A stretch of 64,000 nucleotides of DNA from Octopus sinensis (GCF_006345805.1 NC_043015.1:12648001-12712000); one strand, 5' to 3'. Shown: positions 28,776 to 43,021, numbered from the stretch's first letter. Program-made: numbers and translations. The notes: generated from the letters alone by a model not told the origin.

Positions 28776-30179
28776 CTGGAAGTATTATTAAATTCATTAT
28801 AGAAAGAAAAGAAACAAATTGTCATACATTTAACAAAAATAAGAAAATTCTACATTCAGATCTCCTAAGAAAATGATCAAACACAGAAGTACATTTAATG
28901 TTTACATCATCATCATCATTTAATGTCCGTTTTCCATGCTAGCATGGGTTGGACGGTTCGACCGGGATCTGGGAAGCCAGAAGGCTGCACCTGGCTCCAG
29001 TCTGATCTCGCAGTGTTTCTACAGCTGGATGCCCTTCCTAACGCCAACCACTCCGTGAGTGTAGTGGGTGCTTTTTACGTGTCAGTTGAGGCTGGCAACG
29101 GCCACGTTGGTAATTACATTAGCAAAGAATAAATGAGCAAATTTTTGTGAGGAAAAATACATATATAAAGAACATTATGTAAAAAAAAACCTCCTTCAGT
29201 CATGAATGACCATGGGATTACTTTGCCACTGGTATTATCCAAGAGAAAGGCAAAGGCTAATACAGCTTGGCACCAGTGACATCGCAGCTCATTTTTACAG
29301 ATGAGAAGGTGAAAAATAAGTGTCTTGCTCAAGAACACAATGCACAGCCCAGTCCAGAAGTTGAACTCACTACCTCATGATTGTGAGCCTGATGCTCTAA
29401 CCACTGAGCCATGTGTCTTCATATTCAAAGAACATTATGTAAATGTTGACTAAATCCTTAAACATTAACTTAAATAGCACCACATAAAAAATGCATAGAA
29501 AATGAAAATGTTAGAGTATGTTAATAAAGCCATAATATTTTTGTCCGAGTATTTGATTACATAATTTGTATCAAACATATAACTGAATTAGATATGAATA
29601 ATGTAAGTGGTCATTTTTTTTTATTTGGAGAAACCTACTGTTACTGGATAGTGATCACTGAAATTTCTGGCATATATACTTTTTCTTATGGTATTATTGT
29701 CATACTGATGTAAAGTGAAATGTCTTCAACTAGACTGTGCTCCAAAATATTAACGACACCATCATTTTCATTTATCATCCACTACTCCATGCTTGTATGA
29801 GATGGGTAAAGTTTAATCGAGGCAGATTTTCTATGGCTGTATGCCTTTCTCTTTGTCAACCCTCATCTATTTCCAAGCAGGACAATATTTCCCCTTGACC
29901 AGAATATTGGAAATGAATGGCACTGCTTGTATGATAGTGACATTCACTTACAACATCACGTGATGTCAAGACAAGGAAAGGCAAATATACACAGAACAGG
30001 CTTTTCAGTTTCTGTCTACCAAATTCACTTACAAGGCTTTGGTTGGTCCAAGGCTATAGTAGAAGACTCTTATCCCAGATATCACACAATGGGACTGAAC
30101 CAGGAATCGTGTGGCTGGAAAGCAAATTTTTTACCACCCGCCTGCAACAATGATCATGTGTTAAAGGAGTAGAACTTAC

Positions 30180-30311
30180 AGATAAAGTAGTCATATTTCC
30201 AATTGAAATCATCTCTGTTCATAACAAATGCTTGCCACGTGCAGGACTGACGAAATTTCTTCATTAGGAAGTTTGAGTCCAGTTCATTATGTGCTAATCG
30301 GTTTGGTTTTC
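30180..30311 (-). CDS. Cys-rich protein exon I
   Basis: 132 nt, phase 1-1; GKPNRLAHNELDSNFLMKKFRQSCTWQAFVMNRDDFNWKYDYFI. Confidence 0.85.
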
Positions 30312-31465
30312 CTAACAAGGGAGAAAAACAGAGTGATAACAACAACCCAATAAATAATAAATTTGAAGCAATAACTTTAAACATTAGTACAAGATTACAT
30401 GTTTGAAAAAAAAGAGTATATTCAATTGAAATGGTCTCAGTACACACCTGGTTCTTACTTTATTAATTGAAAGAAGGGGGGAGTGGCATAGTTGAAACTG
30501 AATGAAAACAGAGTAAACAAATACTGCAAAGAATTTAATCAAATGAAGTATCATTTCTATCACTCCAATGCTCTTCATAACATTAAAATAATTGTTTCAA
30601 ATTTTGGTACAATGCCTGCAATTTTAGGAGAGAAATTAGTCGATTAAATTGACCCTGTCTCTGACCGATACTTTACTGTATCAACCCAAAAGATGACCAC
30701 AACAGGATTTGAATTCAGAATGTAAGAATCCTGCTGATATCAACTTTACCTTTCTTACCGTTTGGGGGTTGATGAAATAAAGTCTCAGTCAAGTATAAGA
30801 GTCAATAGCATTAAAATAATAATAACACTAACAACAGACGTACAAAATACAAGAAATAAATAATGTAAGAAAAAGTTTATTATGTGCTTCATGATGTAGC
30901 TTTAATACTTCAATGTTTAAACATGGATATAATTATTAGGGCTTTTTTTTTTTATTCTCCCACAATTTATATAAAACTAGAATAAGTTCTATGTTTAGAT
31001 GGTTTTTACAAGTTTCAATGTTTGGATGACCTTTCTAAAACATGACATTCAACAATAACAGTTGAAGCCTGTTATATCATCAAGAGAACCTAAGTCAAGC
31101 TAGGTAGGTTCTGTTCCTTGCTCAAAGACAGCTATTGTAGAAAGGTTTGATGCTTCTATGTGACTAATAAGTACTACAGTCATTTCTTCTTCTAAGATCA
31201 TATTAGAATTTTAATCTACTGCAGAATTGGTAGGGTATCCTACTGCTCAGAAACTGGCCGTGACTCAGTCTTTTACCTACAAATAAATGTCTTGGCAGGG
31301 CAATGGGAATGAAGAAAGTATTGAAAAACATACTAGTTTATTCTCCCTTGTAGACAAAGGTTTTGATGGTGTCATAACCTAAAGGGTTACTAATAATTTT
31401 CTTTATGACAACCAATTTTATAAACAATTTAGGAAAATAAAAATGGAAAGTTATATCAAACTTAC

Positions 31466-31530
31466 CAACTCTAAATCTCACAATACTGTGATGTCTTGGT
31501 TGAATATCAAAACAAACAAAATCAATTTCA
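31466..31530 (-). CDS. Cys-rich protein exon H
   Basis: 65 nt, phase 2-1; CEIDFVCFDIQPRHHSIVRFRV. Confidence 0.85.
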
Positions 31531-32829
31531 CTAAAAGAGAAGATACATTACCAATTATTCAATTTTGCTAGGTAATTACTTCAAATTTTTTACAACAGTA
31601 ATTTTTTTTGTCATGTTAAAGTTTGAGGAATTAAAGTGAACAGCATAGAAGAATGGTTAACAATCAGTTTTCAAGTGTGATAAAATTCAAAATTCAAGGA
31701 AACTGGTAATGGTCTGTGATGGCAAAGATCAAAGTAGATAAGGACAATTTGTGTTAGAGTTTAATATACTGAATTTTGCCTTTCATCAGAGAATAACGAA
31801 AAAATGTTGAATTAAAAGCAAGATGAGGAAGGGAGTTAATGTAGAAGATGAGAATGATGGAAAGGATGTTTTCGAAATACAAAGACATGATGGTCATGGA
31901 AAGAGCGATATTGGAACTAGAGTTAATCAACAACTAGTCACATAAACATGTATAAAGCCATATACAGTGATGAAGATACAATGGAATTTAATTTGCGGAG
32001 ATATTTATGTGATTGACACATAGTCAGTTAGGTATTGGAGGAAGGTGTCATACTCTATGCCATGGTCAACTACAAGGACAAGGAATAAGTACTAGAAACG
32101 GAACTACAGAAACATCAAGCTGATGAACTGGTTTAGGAAAGTTACTGAAAGCATAACTAATTAGGAATAGAATTAGTCCATATGTGAAGCATTTGCACTT
32201 GTGCAAGGAAGATATACTACCAATTGCCCTCTTCCTAGTAAAACAATGGCAGGAGAAGTACTTGGCTAAAAGTAAATTGCCATACCTACCATTTGTTGAC
32301 AGGGTCTTTGTAAACTGGTAGACACTAAAGGCGATAGTAGATCAATGGCCTGGGAGAGCTCTGCAAGCTATGTACAGAGGTGCAACCAGCAAAGTAAGAG
32401 TTAGCAATAAGTGATAAATTTAGGATGCAGGTAGGAATCCAGCAGGGCCCAGTTCTTTTCTATTGACTATAATAGTGGTGTTTAAGACTTTGCTCTTATT
32501 CTTATAGTAGAATCTAAGACAAGTTGACAGAATTGTTAGTGTGTTAAACAAAATGCTAAGTGGCAATTCTTCCAGCCATTTACATTTGGGTCTCTCTCCT
32601 AAAATGTTCTGATTACATTTACATATGCTGCTTATTTCATCTCTTTGATGCTCTCTTTCCTCTCTATAATTCATCTCTTGCAATTCATCCTCTTCTGTTC
32701 ATTATATTATGTTGCCAAGATAACTAAGGATGGCGAAGGATATCTCCCATTCACTGCACCATACTACATAGGTATCTTGGGATGGTATTACATCTGTGTT
32801 GCCTTTACATGACTGATACTTCTTTTCTG

Positions 32830-35800
32830 CATAGGAGACTTGCACATTTGTGCCTCTGTCAGAGTGACATCCAGGGTGCATCATCTTCCAGAAGACCTCT
32901 AAGACAGCAAGCCTGGCGATCTGCTTGACATACTGTGTTGTCAACCATACGTAAGGCTATAAATGATGTGGGTCCCTTCATACAGTGTAATAGAAGCCTT
33001 AGATAGTAGCACTCTGAGTAGTTGGGATGGACAACATAGACTCTGCCAAGTGTGTCTGATTTCTTGGTTCCCGGATGATGTGTGGGTGCTCCAAGTGCAT
33101 GTCTTTCTCATTTGTTTTGGTACCAAGTATAGAATTGTAGAATTTCATTGTATATCAGTCTTGTAGCAAACCCATCATCTTGACAGAGTTTGAAGAATGC
33201 TGTGAGTATGGTATTTTTGGGAGCTTCCATTTGTAGTTGGACTGTGTCTGTCTGTGTGCTGTGTCTGAGATGGAGGACAATGTCACGCTTGTCATGTTCT
33301 TGCCCAACCAGAAGCACAGCTATTTCATTTACTGTTGGCACATTAAACCTCCCTCCATGTTGACCAGATGGTTTCTTGTCTGATCTGATAACTACCTTGT
33401 AATCGATGGAGTCAAGTAGAATTGTTTCAAGTGCAGTCTTGAAGCTTCTGATTAGGTTGTTGTTGTTATGCAGCATCTTTTGCAGAGACACTACAATGTT
33501 CATCCTGATGCTGGAAATTTCTTGCACCTCTCTTTCCTTTCCTTCTTGTTCAGAATCACCCATAAAATATATTTGGAGGAATTTTGGCAATTCATTTGAC
33601 AGAGCTAGTAGAGAGTCAATCTGATGATAAATCTAACCTTTGACCCTGAAAGTTTGCATGAATCCTGGCTCAGTTATATCTCTTGTGGCTCCAAATGATG
33701 TAATCTGTAGTGCAGCATTATACTAATTTTGTTTTGGAAGTGCTTGGAATCTTGGTCAGTTGATAACAACAGTTTCTTCAATGGCTCTGGAGGTTGGGGG
33801 ATTGCAGGGAGTTTAACCTTTCCACCGCTGCAGCACAGTGCAGGTGTCTCTCCAGATTACTGCTTGGCTTCACAATGTATGCACTCAGTTGTCATTGCAC
33901 CAATGGAAACTCTAGTGTCATCTGCATAATGAACTGCTGGATCATAATTGAGAGCTGCTTCATAGAAGTTGCTTCTCTGTTACAACTGCTCTTCATTCTG
34001 CAGTGGAGATCCTTTTCTTTGTCAGTCGTGCATACCGCTGTTCATCACTTTGAGATGCTCTGACTTTTTTAATGCACAGTCTGTTTGTTTGTTGGAATGT
34101 TTCCCTTTCTGCACCTACCTCTCTTTCCCTGGACAGTGACATTCTTTTGGCTGACAAATTTGCATAAGTACAGATTTCTGCACCAATTTTTTTAATGAAC
34201 TTCTCTATGAATATGTGTTATATCATGTAGCTTCTGAATATGCAAAAGTTTGCGGGATAACTGTTGGGGTTGATAATTTCTGAAAATTCACTTCAATTCG
34301 TTTTAACTTACAAGAAAATGGATACTTTTTTAATGAAATTCTCTACAAATATACCTTGGACTATGTAGATTCCAAGGACAAAGGAATTTTGGAGGAAAAC
34401 AATTGGGGGTTACTTTTGAGAACTGTTCCCCACCAGGGGTGTTTTGGAACAAGTCGTCCATATGCATTTCATTTTCTCCATTTTGTGCATCCATAGATTT
34501 CTACCACACACATACACACACAAACACACACATATATGTAATTAAAAAAGTTCAAACAGGGACTTATTCCATTCAGTATCATGTTTATCATAGAGATTAT
34601 GTAACAAATTATACGTTACACTTCTATATTTAATTGTGCATGTAAATTCCTTATTTTTGCTTCTGGTGTCTTCTGCATTTCTATTAGAAACGTTTACCCA
34701 GGAATTTACTGAAATTGCAAAAAACATCATATGCAACAGATAAGGGATCTATTTTTTTTCAATGAAAAAGATTAAATCCCAGATAAGTCATCTCAGTAAC
34801 ATATTTCTGTGTACCAGACCTTTAGCTGTTATTTTTAGCATGAGTTGCCTGTTTGTTGCTTCAGTAGAAATCTATGGATGCACAAACGCACAAAATGGAG
34901 AAAATGGAACAAATATGGACAACTTGTTCAGAAACACCCCCAAGTGGAGAACAGGTCTCAAAAGTAATCCTAAATTGTCTCCCCTCTCCCAATTCCTATG
35001 TCCTCAGAATCTACATAGTCCAAGGTATATTTGTAGAGAATTTCATAAAAAAAATATACATTTTCTTGAAAGTGAAGACGAATTGAAGTGGACTCCGGTG
35101 AATTTTCAGAAATTTCCTACCCCCTCCTGAATCACTTACCCAACAAAATTTTGTATATTCGGGGTGGGACAGAAATCTGTAGTTATGCCAACAAATTTGA
35201 CACTTTGCTACGAGACATTGTTATATATATATATACAGAAATACACGAATGCAGAAGATAGTAAACAATGAAAATAACTTGGTAACAGAAATTATGTTTT
35301 TTAATAAAACAGCCAGAAAATAAATAAGAAATTTTAATGGTGTAGCAATCCTCACTGTTTGAGAAAAACATTAGGAATGATTTCGTTTGAGATTACAACC
35401 ATCTTTGGCTAATTTTGTGTCCACTGATCTGATTGGTTAGCATCTAGCGCGGTCTGTCTCTCTACTTATTTCGTGCCAGTGTGTAAACTGACCAATCACG
35501 GCCTTCGGATAGGCTCTTTTAATTGAGCCATATTCACTCTTTAAATAAGCTAGTATTTTCACAATCCGTCTTTCGGCTCAAGACCTTCTAAGGTCTAGTT
35601 GGAGATCACAGAGCTTACTCAACAATGTTCCAGTTCGAAAAACAGACGACAGCTAGCTAACCATGCTATGAAGATGCTATTGTGTACCAGCGACAGACAG
35701 AACGTCATCACCAACGTCGTCTCCATCTCCGAAGATTTCAACTTGTACACAACAAGATAAATACACAGATTCAACTAACGCTGTTTGTGTGAAACTTCAC

Positions 35801-36953
35801 CACGGAAAAACAGTTGCAGTATATATCTGAAAGAACATCTATATCAAGAGAAACCTGCACAACATGTAACTCAACTAGTCTCCGCTTCGAGACCCAAATC
35901 TTGTTATAGAACTTATTACGTGTACCACATGAACTGGTAACTAACTCTTCTTAACTCAATATGCTGAGACTTCTCTTATGCTCTGTATTTCGGTGGTATT
36001 CGCATGTACCTTTATCTGTACCTTCTGTCGCACACATGAACACACAGACACAAATACTATACGCATGCATTCATACCACAACACTATGCTAGTAATCACA
36101 ACTCACTTTGTACACTGTGAATAAAGTCTATCTCCTCTCTCAAACAATAGAACGGCTTGTCATTTTTCATTCATTTCCTTTGGCACTGTATAATATATCC
36201 ATGTAACATGGCTTCTCTTATTATATTTTGTTAGGATGCGACCGTGCGGTGTACAAGAGGAGACCTTGTCACCAAAAACCTCCTAATGTACGGTCGTATT
36301 CCGACAATGGAAAATAAAGTATTCTACTGGTTGAAGTGAAATTTATCACTCAGTGAATCAAAGAGCTAGTATCGAAGTAACCAGAAAGAAACCGTCAACA
36401 ACAGAGAAACACAAAGCCGTATGGATTGAAATGAAGTTTAGGAAGACTCTTCTGTTAGTAAATTATGAAATTACTTACATCAGTAATTATGAACTGCTTT
36501 CTGTTAGTAATTTGTTGTTTGTTTGTAAACAGCGATAGAAAGCTTAGACTTACATTGAAAACAATAACATTGAAGTTAAACAATGGCGTAAGAAAATTAA
36601 AAGTGAAAAAGAATAGCGTCTGAAAAATGCAAGTGAAAACAAGAGATATAGATAGAGAGATATGTTACAGAGAGATAGAGATAGATAGAGGGAGATGGAT
36701 AGAGAGGTATACATAAAGATATATGTTACATCACTGATGCTAGAAAACTGGAAGTCAATATTTTTAAAACTTTCAAAGATGTGAATGAATATAAAAAGAA
36801 ATGTATTTTCTATTTTTAATAAAAATAATTAAATGAACAGCCTATAATATGTCCAAGGTGGAATTATTCATACATCAGAAGTATGGAAGCAATTGGTGAA
36901 ACCGTTTTCACATGAAAAGTGAATATGCACACATCTCTATTTTATATATTAGA
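32830..36953 (-). mobile_element. Degenerate, internally deleted Helitron with RepHel fragments and an inserted LTR-like segment
   Basis: PKFLQIYF..GRFNVPTVNEIAVLLVG..RDIVL joined directly to TILTAFF.LC..FYTW, then LGRVYVVHP..ECYYLRLLL..GPTSF; TCTAATATATAAAA 5' end at 36953 (linking this end to the ORF is inference). Confidence 0.7.
35219..36208 (+). mobile_element. Putative solo LTR
   Basis: TGTTA..TAACA termini, CpG-richer interior, AATAAA near 36120, followed by TGG; no TSD seen. Confidence 0.45.
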
Positions 36954-37014
36954 AGAGTAAAGGATAAAGACTGTCACTAAGGTTTAAGTACAGTCCATTT
37001 GGTGCTCTTCTTAA

Positions 37015-37234
37015 CCCTTTTGTTACTGTATTTCTGTTGAGATGCTCTGTGTTTCTTTCAATTACTTTAAATATAACAAAGAATTTATTAAAATAACTTA
37101 GTTATCATTAAGCTAGTGTTAGGAACATAAATTGTGTCTAAGGTTTGGTGGAAGATTTTAATTCAAAACTTATGAAAACAAGACATTTGTACTCAGAGCC
37201 AGAGCTGGTTTCAGCCGAGTTGGTAATGAAAGGG
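37015..37234. mobile_element. piggyBac-type MITE (second family)
   Basis: TTAA|CCCTTT..AAAGGG|TTAA. Confidence 0.75.
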
Positions 37235-38193
37235 TTAATAGTTTCTGCACAATTTCCCTGACAACTCTACAGTAGAAGACATTAAGCCATGGTATCATTC
37301 AATGTGGGTCAAACATGGAACCACATGATTGTGAAACAAGCTTCTTCATGTCATGTTGCAATGTTTATGACCGCTGCAGATAGTGATGATTACAAACTTC
37401 ATTTTCTGTGTATCCTAATAGGTACAGGTGTGGCTGTGTGGTACAGAGTTTGCTTCCCAACCACATAGCTCTGGGTTCAGTCCCACTGCATGGTACCTTG
37501 GACAAATTGAGAAAAGCCCATTTTGTGTGAGTATATTGTGTGTGTGTGTGTGTTAATGTCTCCTTGCTTTGACAGTGTGTGATAATTGTAAATGAATGTC
37601 ACTGTCCTACAAGCAGCGTCATTTATTTCCAATATTCTGAGAAAACATGTCTAGCCATAAGAAATGTTACCTTGCTTGGAAACAGGTGAGGGCTGGTGAC
37701 AGAAAGTGCATCTGGCCACAGAAAATTTATGACAAATTCTCTCTGACCGATGCAAGCATGGAAAAATGAATATTAAAACAGATGATGATGATCCTAATAC
37801 ATCACTCAATTTGTTTCTTAACAACTGATACTTAGAACTCATATCTTCCTTGTTTCCCAGTAACAAAAAAATTTTACATTATGAAATTCAAATGTAGTTA
37901 TAGAAAGGCCAAGGGGCAATTAAGCACCAGGCTCCATTCTGATCTGGCAGAGTTTCTACAGCTGGATGCCCTTCCTAACGCCAACCACTCCATGAGTGTA
38001 GTGGGTGCTTTATGTGCCACCGACACAGGTGCCAGTCAAGGTGGCGCTGGCATCAGCCACGTTTGGATGGTGCTTTTTACATGCCACCGGCACAGCAATA
38101 TTCATGATTATTTTACAATTTGTATGGAGCAGAGTAGCTTACAACTTCAAATGAAGTAATATGGGGTAGAATAACAAATTGAAAGCTACTCAC

Positions 38194-38416
38194 CATTTTC
38201 CAACGACAATTTTTGACATCAAATATCTAGTGCCAAGAGTTTGTTGACATGAGTAATACTGTTCTTCATAAGTGAACTTGTCAATGTGAGTCTTAAAGTA
38301 AATGTGAGTGTCATTAATTTTCACATCACTTTGAAATTCAGCAACGTGAAACCATGTTCCTGTCAGATTCCTGGGTAAGTTACAAGATGGTTGCACTAAC
38401 TTGGTAGCTGGAGGCA
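38194..38416 (-). CDS. Cys-rich protein exon G
   Basis: 223 nt, phase 1-2, donor gtgagt; PSCNLPRNLTGTWFH..YYSCQQTLGTRYLMSKIVVGK. Confidence 0.85.
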
Positions 38417-38766
38417 CTGAAAAGACACAAGAATGAGAAAATTAATAAATAATATGCAGCTTGAGGGAGAGAGAGAGAGTGTGTGTGTGTGTGTGTGTAC
38501 ATGCACACACACACACACACACATACAGGTGTAGGCATGGCTGTGTAGATAAGAAGCATGCTTCCTAACTGCATGGGTTTGGGTTCAGCCCCAATATAGT
38601 AGAAGACATCTTGGACAAGTGTTTTCTACTGCAACCCTAGGCTGACTAAAGTCTTCTGAGTGTATCTAGTGGGCAGAAAATGAAAAAAAGGCAGTTGTAT
38701 GGATGCAAGTATGTGCGTGTGTGTATGTGTGCAGTATGTATGTATATATGTATGTATGTATATATC

Positions 38767-38811
<45 letters not shown>

Positions 38812-38925
38812 ATATATATATATATTGATAAAACGGTAAGATAACAAAAGAAAGAAAGAGACCTCAATATTATGTAAATAGAGGAAATTATCTATACAAT
38901 AATATGTTACATTACTCGATAGTCA

Positions 38926-38985
38926 AGATAAAACTCTGAGTTTCAGATGCCGAAGTGGGAATCCACGACATCTCTTCGGTTATCT
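38926..38985 (-). ncRNA. Hammerhead-like motif with C at core position 4
   Basis: Minus strand: AGAUAA-CCGAAGA-GAUGUCG..CGGCAUC-U-GAAA-CUC a GAG-UU^-UUAUCU. Confidence 0.55.
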
Positions 38986-39024
38986 GGCTATTTAGCCAGA
39001 TATATATCTATATATCTATATATA

Positions 39025-39057
<33 letters not shown>

Positions 39058-40215
39058 AAGGAATTTTGTAAAATCTTCGTTCAGCTCCATTTCTTCCCTC
39101 ACTAAATATATATATATATATTTATGAGTATGTTTACATATAGGCATAAGAGTGGCTGTGTGGTAAGTAGCATGCTTACCAACTACATGGTTACGGGTTC
39201 AGTCCCACTGCGTGACACCTTGGGCAAGTGTCTTCTACTGTAGCTCCAGGCCAACCAAAGCTCTGTGAGTAGATTTGGTAGACGGAAACTGAAAGAAGCC
39301 TGTCGTATATATGTGTGTGTGTGTTTGTCCCGCCAACATCGCTTGACAACCGATGCTTAGCAGTTCGGCAAAAGAGACTGATAGAATAAGTACTAGGCTT
39401 ACAAAGAATAAGTCCTGGGGTTGATTTGCTTGACTAAAGGCAGTGCTTCAGCATGGCCACAGTCAAATGACTGAAACAAGTAAAAAAGTATATAACAAAC
39501 ATTGGTGTCTCTATATATCAGCTGTGGATGTATGTATGTATATATATATATATATATGGCATGTAAAAAGCACCATCCGATCGTGGCCATTGCCAGCCTT
39601 GTCTGGCACCTGCGCAGGGGGCATGTAAAAATCACCCACTACACTCATGGAGTGGTTGGCGTTAGGAAGGGCATCCAGCTGTAGAAACACTGCCAGATCT
39701 GACTGGAGCCTGGTGCAGCCCCTGGCTTCCCAGACCCCAGTTGAACCATCCAATCCATGCTAGCATGGACAACGGACATTAAACGATGATGATGATGATG
39801 TTTATGTATACTTGCATGGGGAGTGTACATGTTTGTATACATATACATGAATGTGAGTTTGTGCATGCCTGCATGTGTTGCCTTGTTGGCGACCCATCTG
39901 CTGTTCTCTTGTCCTGTCTCCAAGTTATTTTGAAATATCCTTTTTTTGGAAAATTTAAAACAATTCTACTTCCAACATGATTACTGGATTACTTGAGATC
40001 TGGCTCTTGTTGAATATACATATTTAGTTGACTCACTGTTAAATAATGGTAATATGAGCATCACAGAACAATTTGTTGAGGTATAGTTTGGTAAATTTAA
40101 AGCATTTCTCCACAATATTAATTATCGTTAGGGCACAAAAATTTAAAACTCCCTACTCACTACATAGAAGTGTTTCTATTAAAGTTTCTCAATGAAATTC
40201 TTAAAGTTCACTTAC

Positions 40216-40336
40216 TAGGTACCAATTCCAAACGTTCATGTCCACTGTAAATATTCTTTAACGTTCTACATTCAGAGAAACGAGATTTCACCCATTTTCT
40301 TTTATTTTCTCTTGGATTCTGATCTTTATTGGTGAG
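40216..40336 (-). CDS. Cys-rich protein exon F
   Basis: 121 nt, phase 0-1; LTNKDQNPRENKRKWVKSRFSECRTLKNIYSGHERLELVP. Confidence 0.8.
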
Positions 40337-40424
40337 CTAAAATTATATTTAAAAAATAATAATAAAACTTGGAATAAAATGATTAAAATAATTATGCAAA
40401 AACTTTAAATTTTCATGGGTTATA

Positions 40425-41050
40425 ATAATAATAATACTGAAATTATTGTATACAGTGCTCAGGTGCACCACAACTTGTCAGAAAGTGCATATAAAGTACA
40501 TGCAGTAATGTACAAATGTCTGGAAAGTGAACATGCTTGTGTGTGTATCAAGTGTAGTGTTGGCGAATCTCAGAAAGCATGGAAGTTTTGAAGGATGCAG
40601 TGCTCCGACAACTAACAACCGATGCCGGCAGTTTGTTCCACGCTTCAGCAACTCTCAGCGTGAAAAAATGTTTCCTGAAGTCATGGGAGCTGTGCTGTTT
40701 TCTTACTTTGTAAATATGTCCACGGGTGTTAGATGGGTGGAGTTTGAAGAGGTGCTCAGAGTTATTGTTTGTGCGATGGTTGATAATTTTATGGGTGTCT
40801 GCCAAGTCAGCTGCCAGACGTCGGAGTTTCAATGTGTCCATGCCCAGGGAAGTAAGGCATTCAGGATATGGCAAATGCCTGATGGAGGGTATTCTTTTGG
40901 TTGCACGTCGCTGAACAGCTTCCAGACGATTGATGTCCTGGGCAAGATAGGGGTTCCAGACTGGTGATGCAAATTCCAGGTGAGGTCTTACCATAGCTAT
41001 ATAAAGCCGCAGATAGATAGCCGGAGAGCGGCTCACAAAGGATTTGGTGA
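40425..41050 (-). mobile_element. CR1-like LINE 3' end
   Basis: LYIAMVRPHLEFASPVWNPY..LEAVQRRATK..TRGH..FFTLRVAEAWNKLP; 3' stem-loop also at about 56575-56640 (+). Confidence 0.85.
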
Positions 41051-42914
41051 ATGATAAAACATGGATATTTAAATACTATCTCAAGAAAATTTTTCACACC
41101 CTACCCCAATAAACCAAACTATATCTCCTCTTTTCCATGCTTATCTCTCCCGCCCCAATCCTATCCTCACAGCCCTGCCCACAGTATTACTGGCTATCCT
41201 GTTGTCTCCTCCATCTTCTATATATCCAGGTTTCACCAGTCACTGCATTTTCCTCTTTGCCCTTTGCATTCATGTGAACTCCCTATTCATGTTCCCCTGG
41301 CAACATTCTATCATCCCATTCCATATTCTCATCCCTGTACCTTGAGAGTAAGCACCCTTGCACATCACCACCATCTCTGTCACCCTTGCTGTCTCTCTTG
41401 CATTCTCACACCCTCCCTCTGACTGTGGTAGCTATGTATCTCCACTACAGAAAGACACCTGTTTCTGTCCCTCTATTACACTCAAACCTCTCATCATCCA
41501 GCACAATACTCCACCTCTCAAAAGTTCTTTGTCTTGTGAGTTACTTTGTGACCCTCCCAGAGTAGGTGCCATGTAAAAAGCGTTCAGTCCACCCTGTAAA
41601 GTGATTGACATTTGGAAAGCAGCTTTCACACAGTTCATCTCTGGGGAAAATTGGTTGCATTCAGACCTAGAGATGGGTGGGTTTTGTCAGGTTTAAACTG
41701 CTCAAAATATGCCATATGTAACAACAGCATCAGCTCTACAACTCCATCGGAGTTGAGGGCCAAATGAAGGCAGTCACATCTCTGTTGCTGGTTCATATAG
41801 GAAGACTGTAATGTTTTGCCCAATGGGCAACGTAAATATTCAAAGGAGATTCTTACAAAAGGTTTGTAATTAGTTGAATATTTCTCTATCCATTGGTATG
41901 AAAGCATAACCAATCATTCCACCACTTGATTTCCTATTTTCTGAGACAATGATTGATAAATCCTATACTTCTTTACACTACTGTAGTTACTTTCAGATGT
42001 CTGCTTTTGGTTTGCCAAAGCTTCCAACATGAAATTACCAATGAGATACTAAGAGAGCTTGCACCTTTTTCAGTACAGCAATAAAATTTCATTTAAATAT
42101 TTTTTTAGTTTCAGAATTTAAGGGACCTAGAATCTAGGCCAGTTTGCCTAAAACAAATAGGGTAGTTACATCACTTTGAAATTCATCAACATGAAACCAT
42201 ATCCCTACCAGATTCCAGAGTAAGTTAGTTACAAGATAACTGGTAATTTACAGTGATGTATATAACTACATTTGGGTCTCTCTCCGATATATTCCAATTA
42301 CATTTACACATGCTGCTTCCTTCATCTCTTTGACCCACCCTCTTATCTCTCTTTCATCCTCTTTTGTTCACTATATTATACTGCCAGGGACACTAAGGAT
42401 AGCAATGGATATCTCCTCTTCATTGTACCATGCTACAAGGGTATCTAGGGATGGCATTAGATCTGTGTTGTCCTTACATGACTCTGATACTCCTCTTCTA
42501 TCCTATTTACTGTACAATGTCACTTACGTGGTTTCAGGAGGAATTGTGGTGTTTTAGGTATCAGCAACATTTCAAATGATATGTATTTTATTAGCTTGAA
42601 GCATTGAGTTCAAATCCTCTCTTCTACAAAGAGAACAATCTGCAGGCAAAAGCCTACTGTTATATAATGGTAAATCAATGATCCCTCCCCTGCCCTCTCT
42701 TTCTCGCCTTGTTTCCTGAATATCTCAAGTACAGTGCTATTATCAATACCTCTGACTTTCTAGACATTTGTAAATTGAATCAGAAGAAATGATTGAATAA
42801 ATAGTTCAAAGAACATGAAGTCTGAAACAGAATGAAAAAGTATGTGGTGTTTCTTTTTTTTTTTTTGTGGGGGGTGGGGGTGTCTTCAGTTCAAGAAAAG
42901 ATATTTGTTTTTAC

Positions 42915-43021
42915 CAGACATTTGAATCTTTCTCTTTCCTCATTTGCAACAACATTAGAAATTCCAGCAAGTAAGTAGCCTTCATCATTAACCCAACTTC
43001 CCATGCACTGGTAACGAATCT
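42915..43021 (-). CDS. Cys-rich protein exon E
   Basis: 107 nt, phase 1-0; IRYQCMGSWVNDEGYLLAGISNVVANEERERFKCL. Confidence 0.85.
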
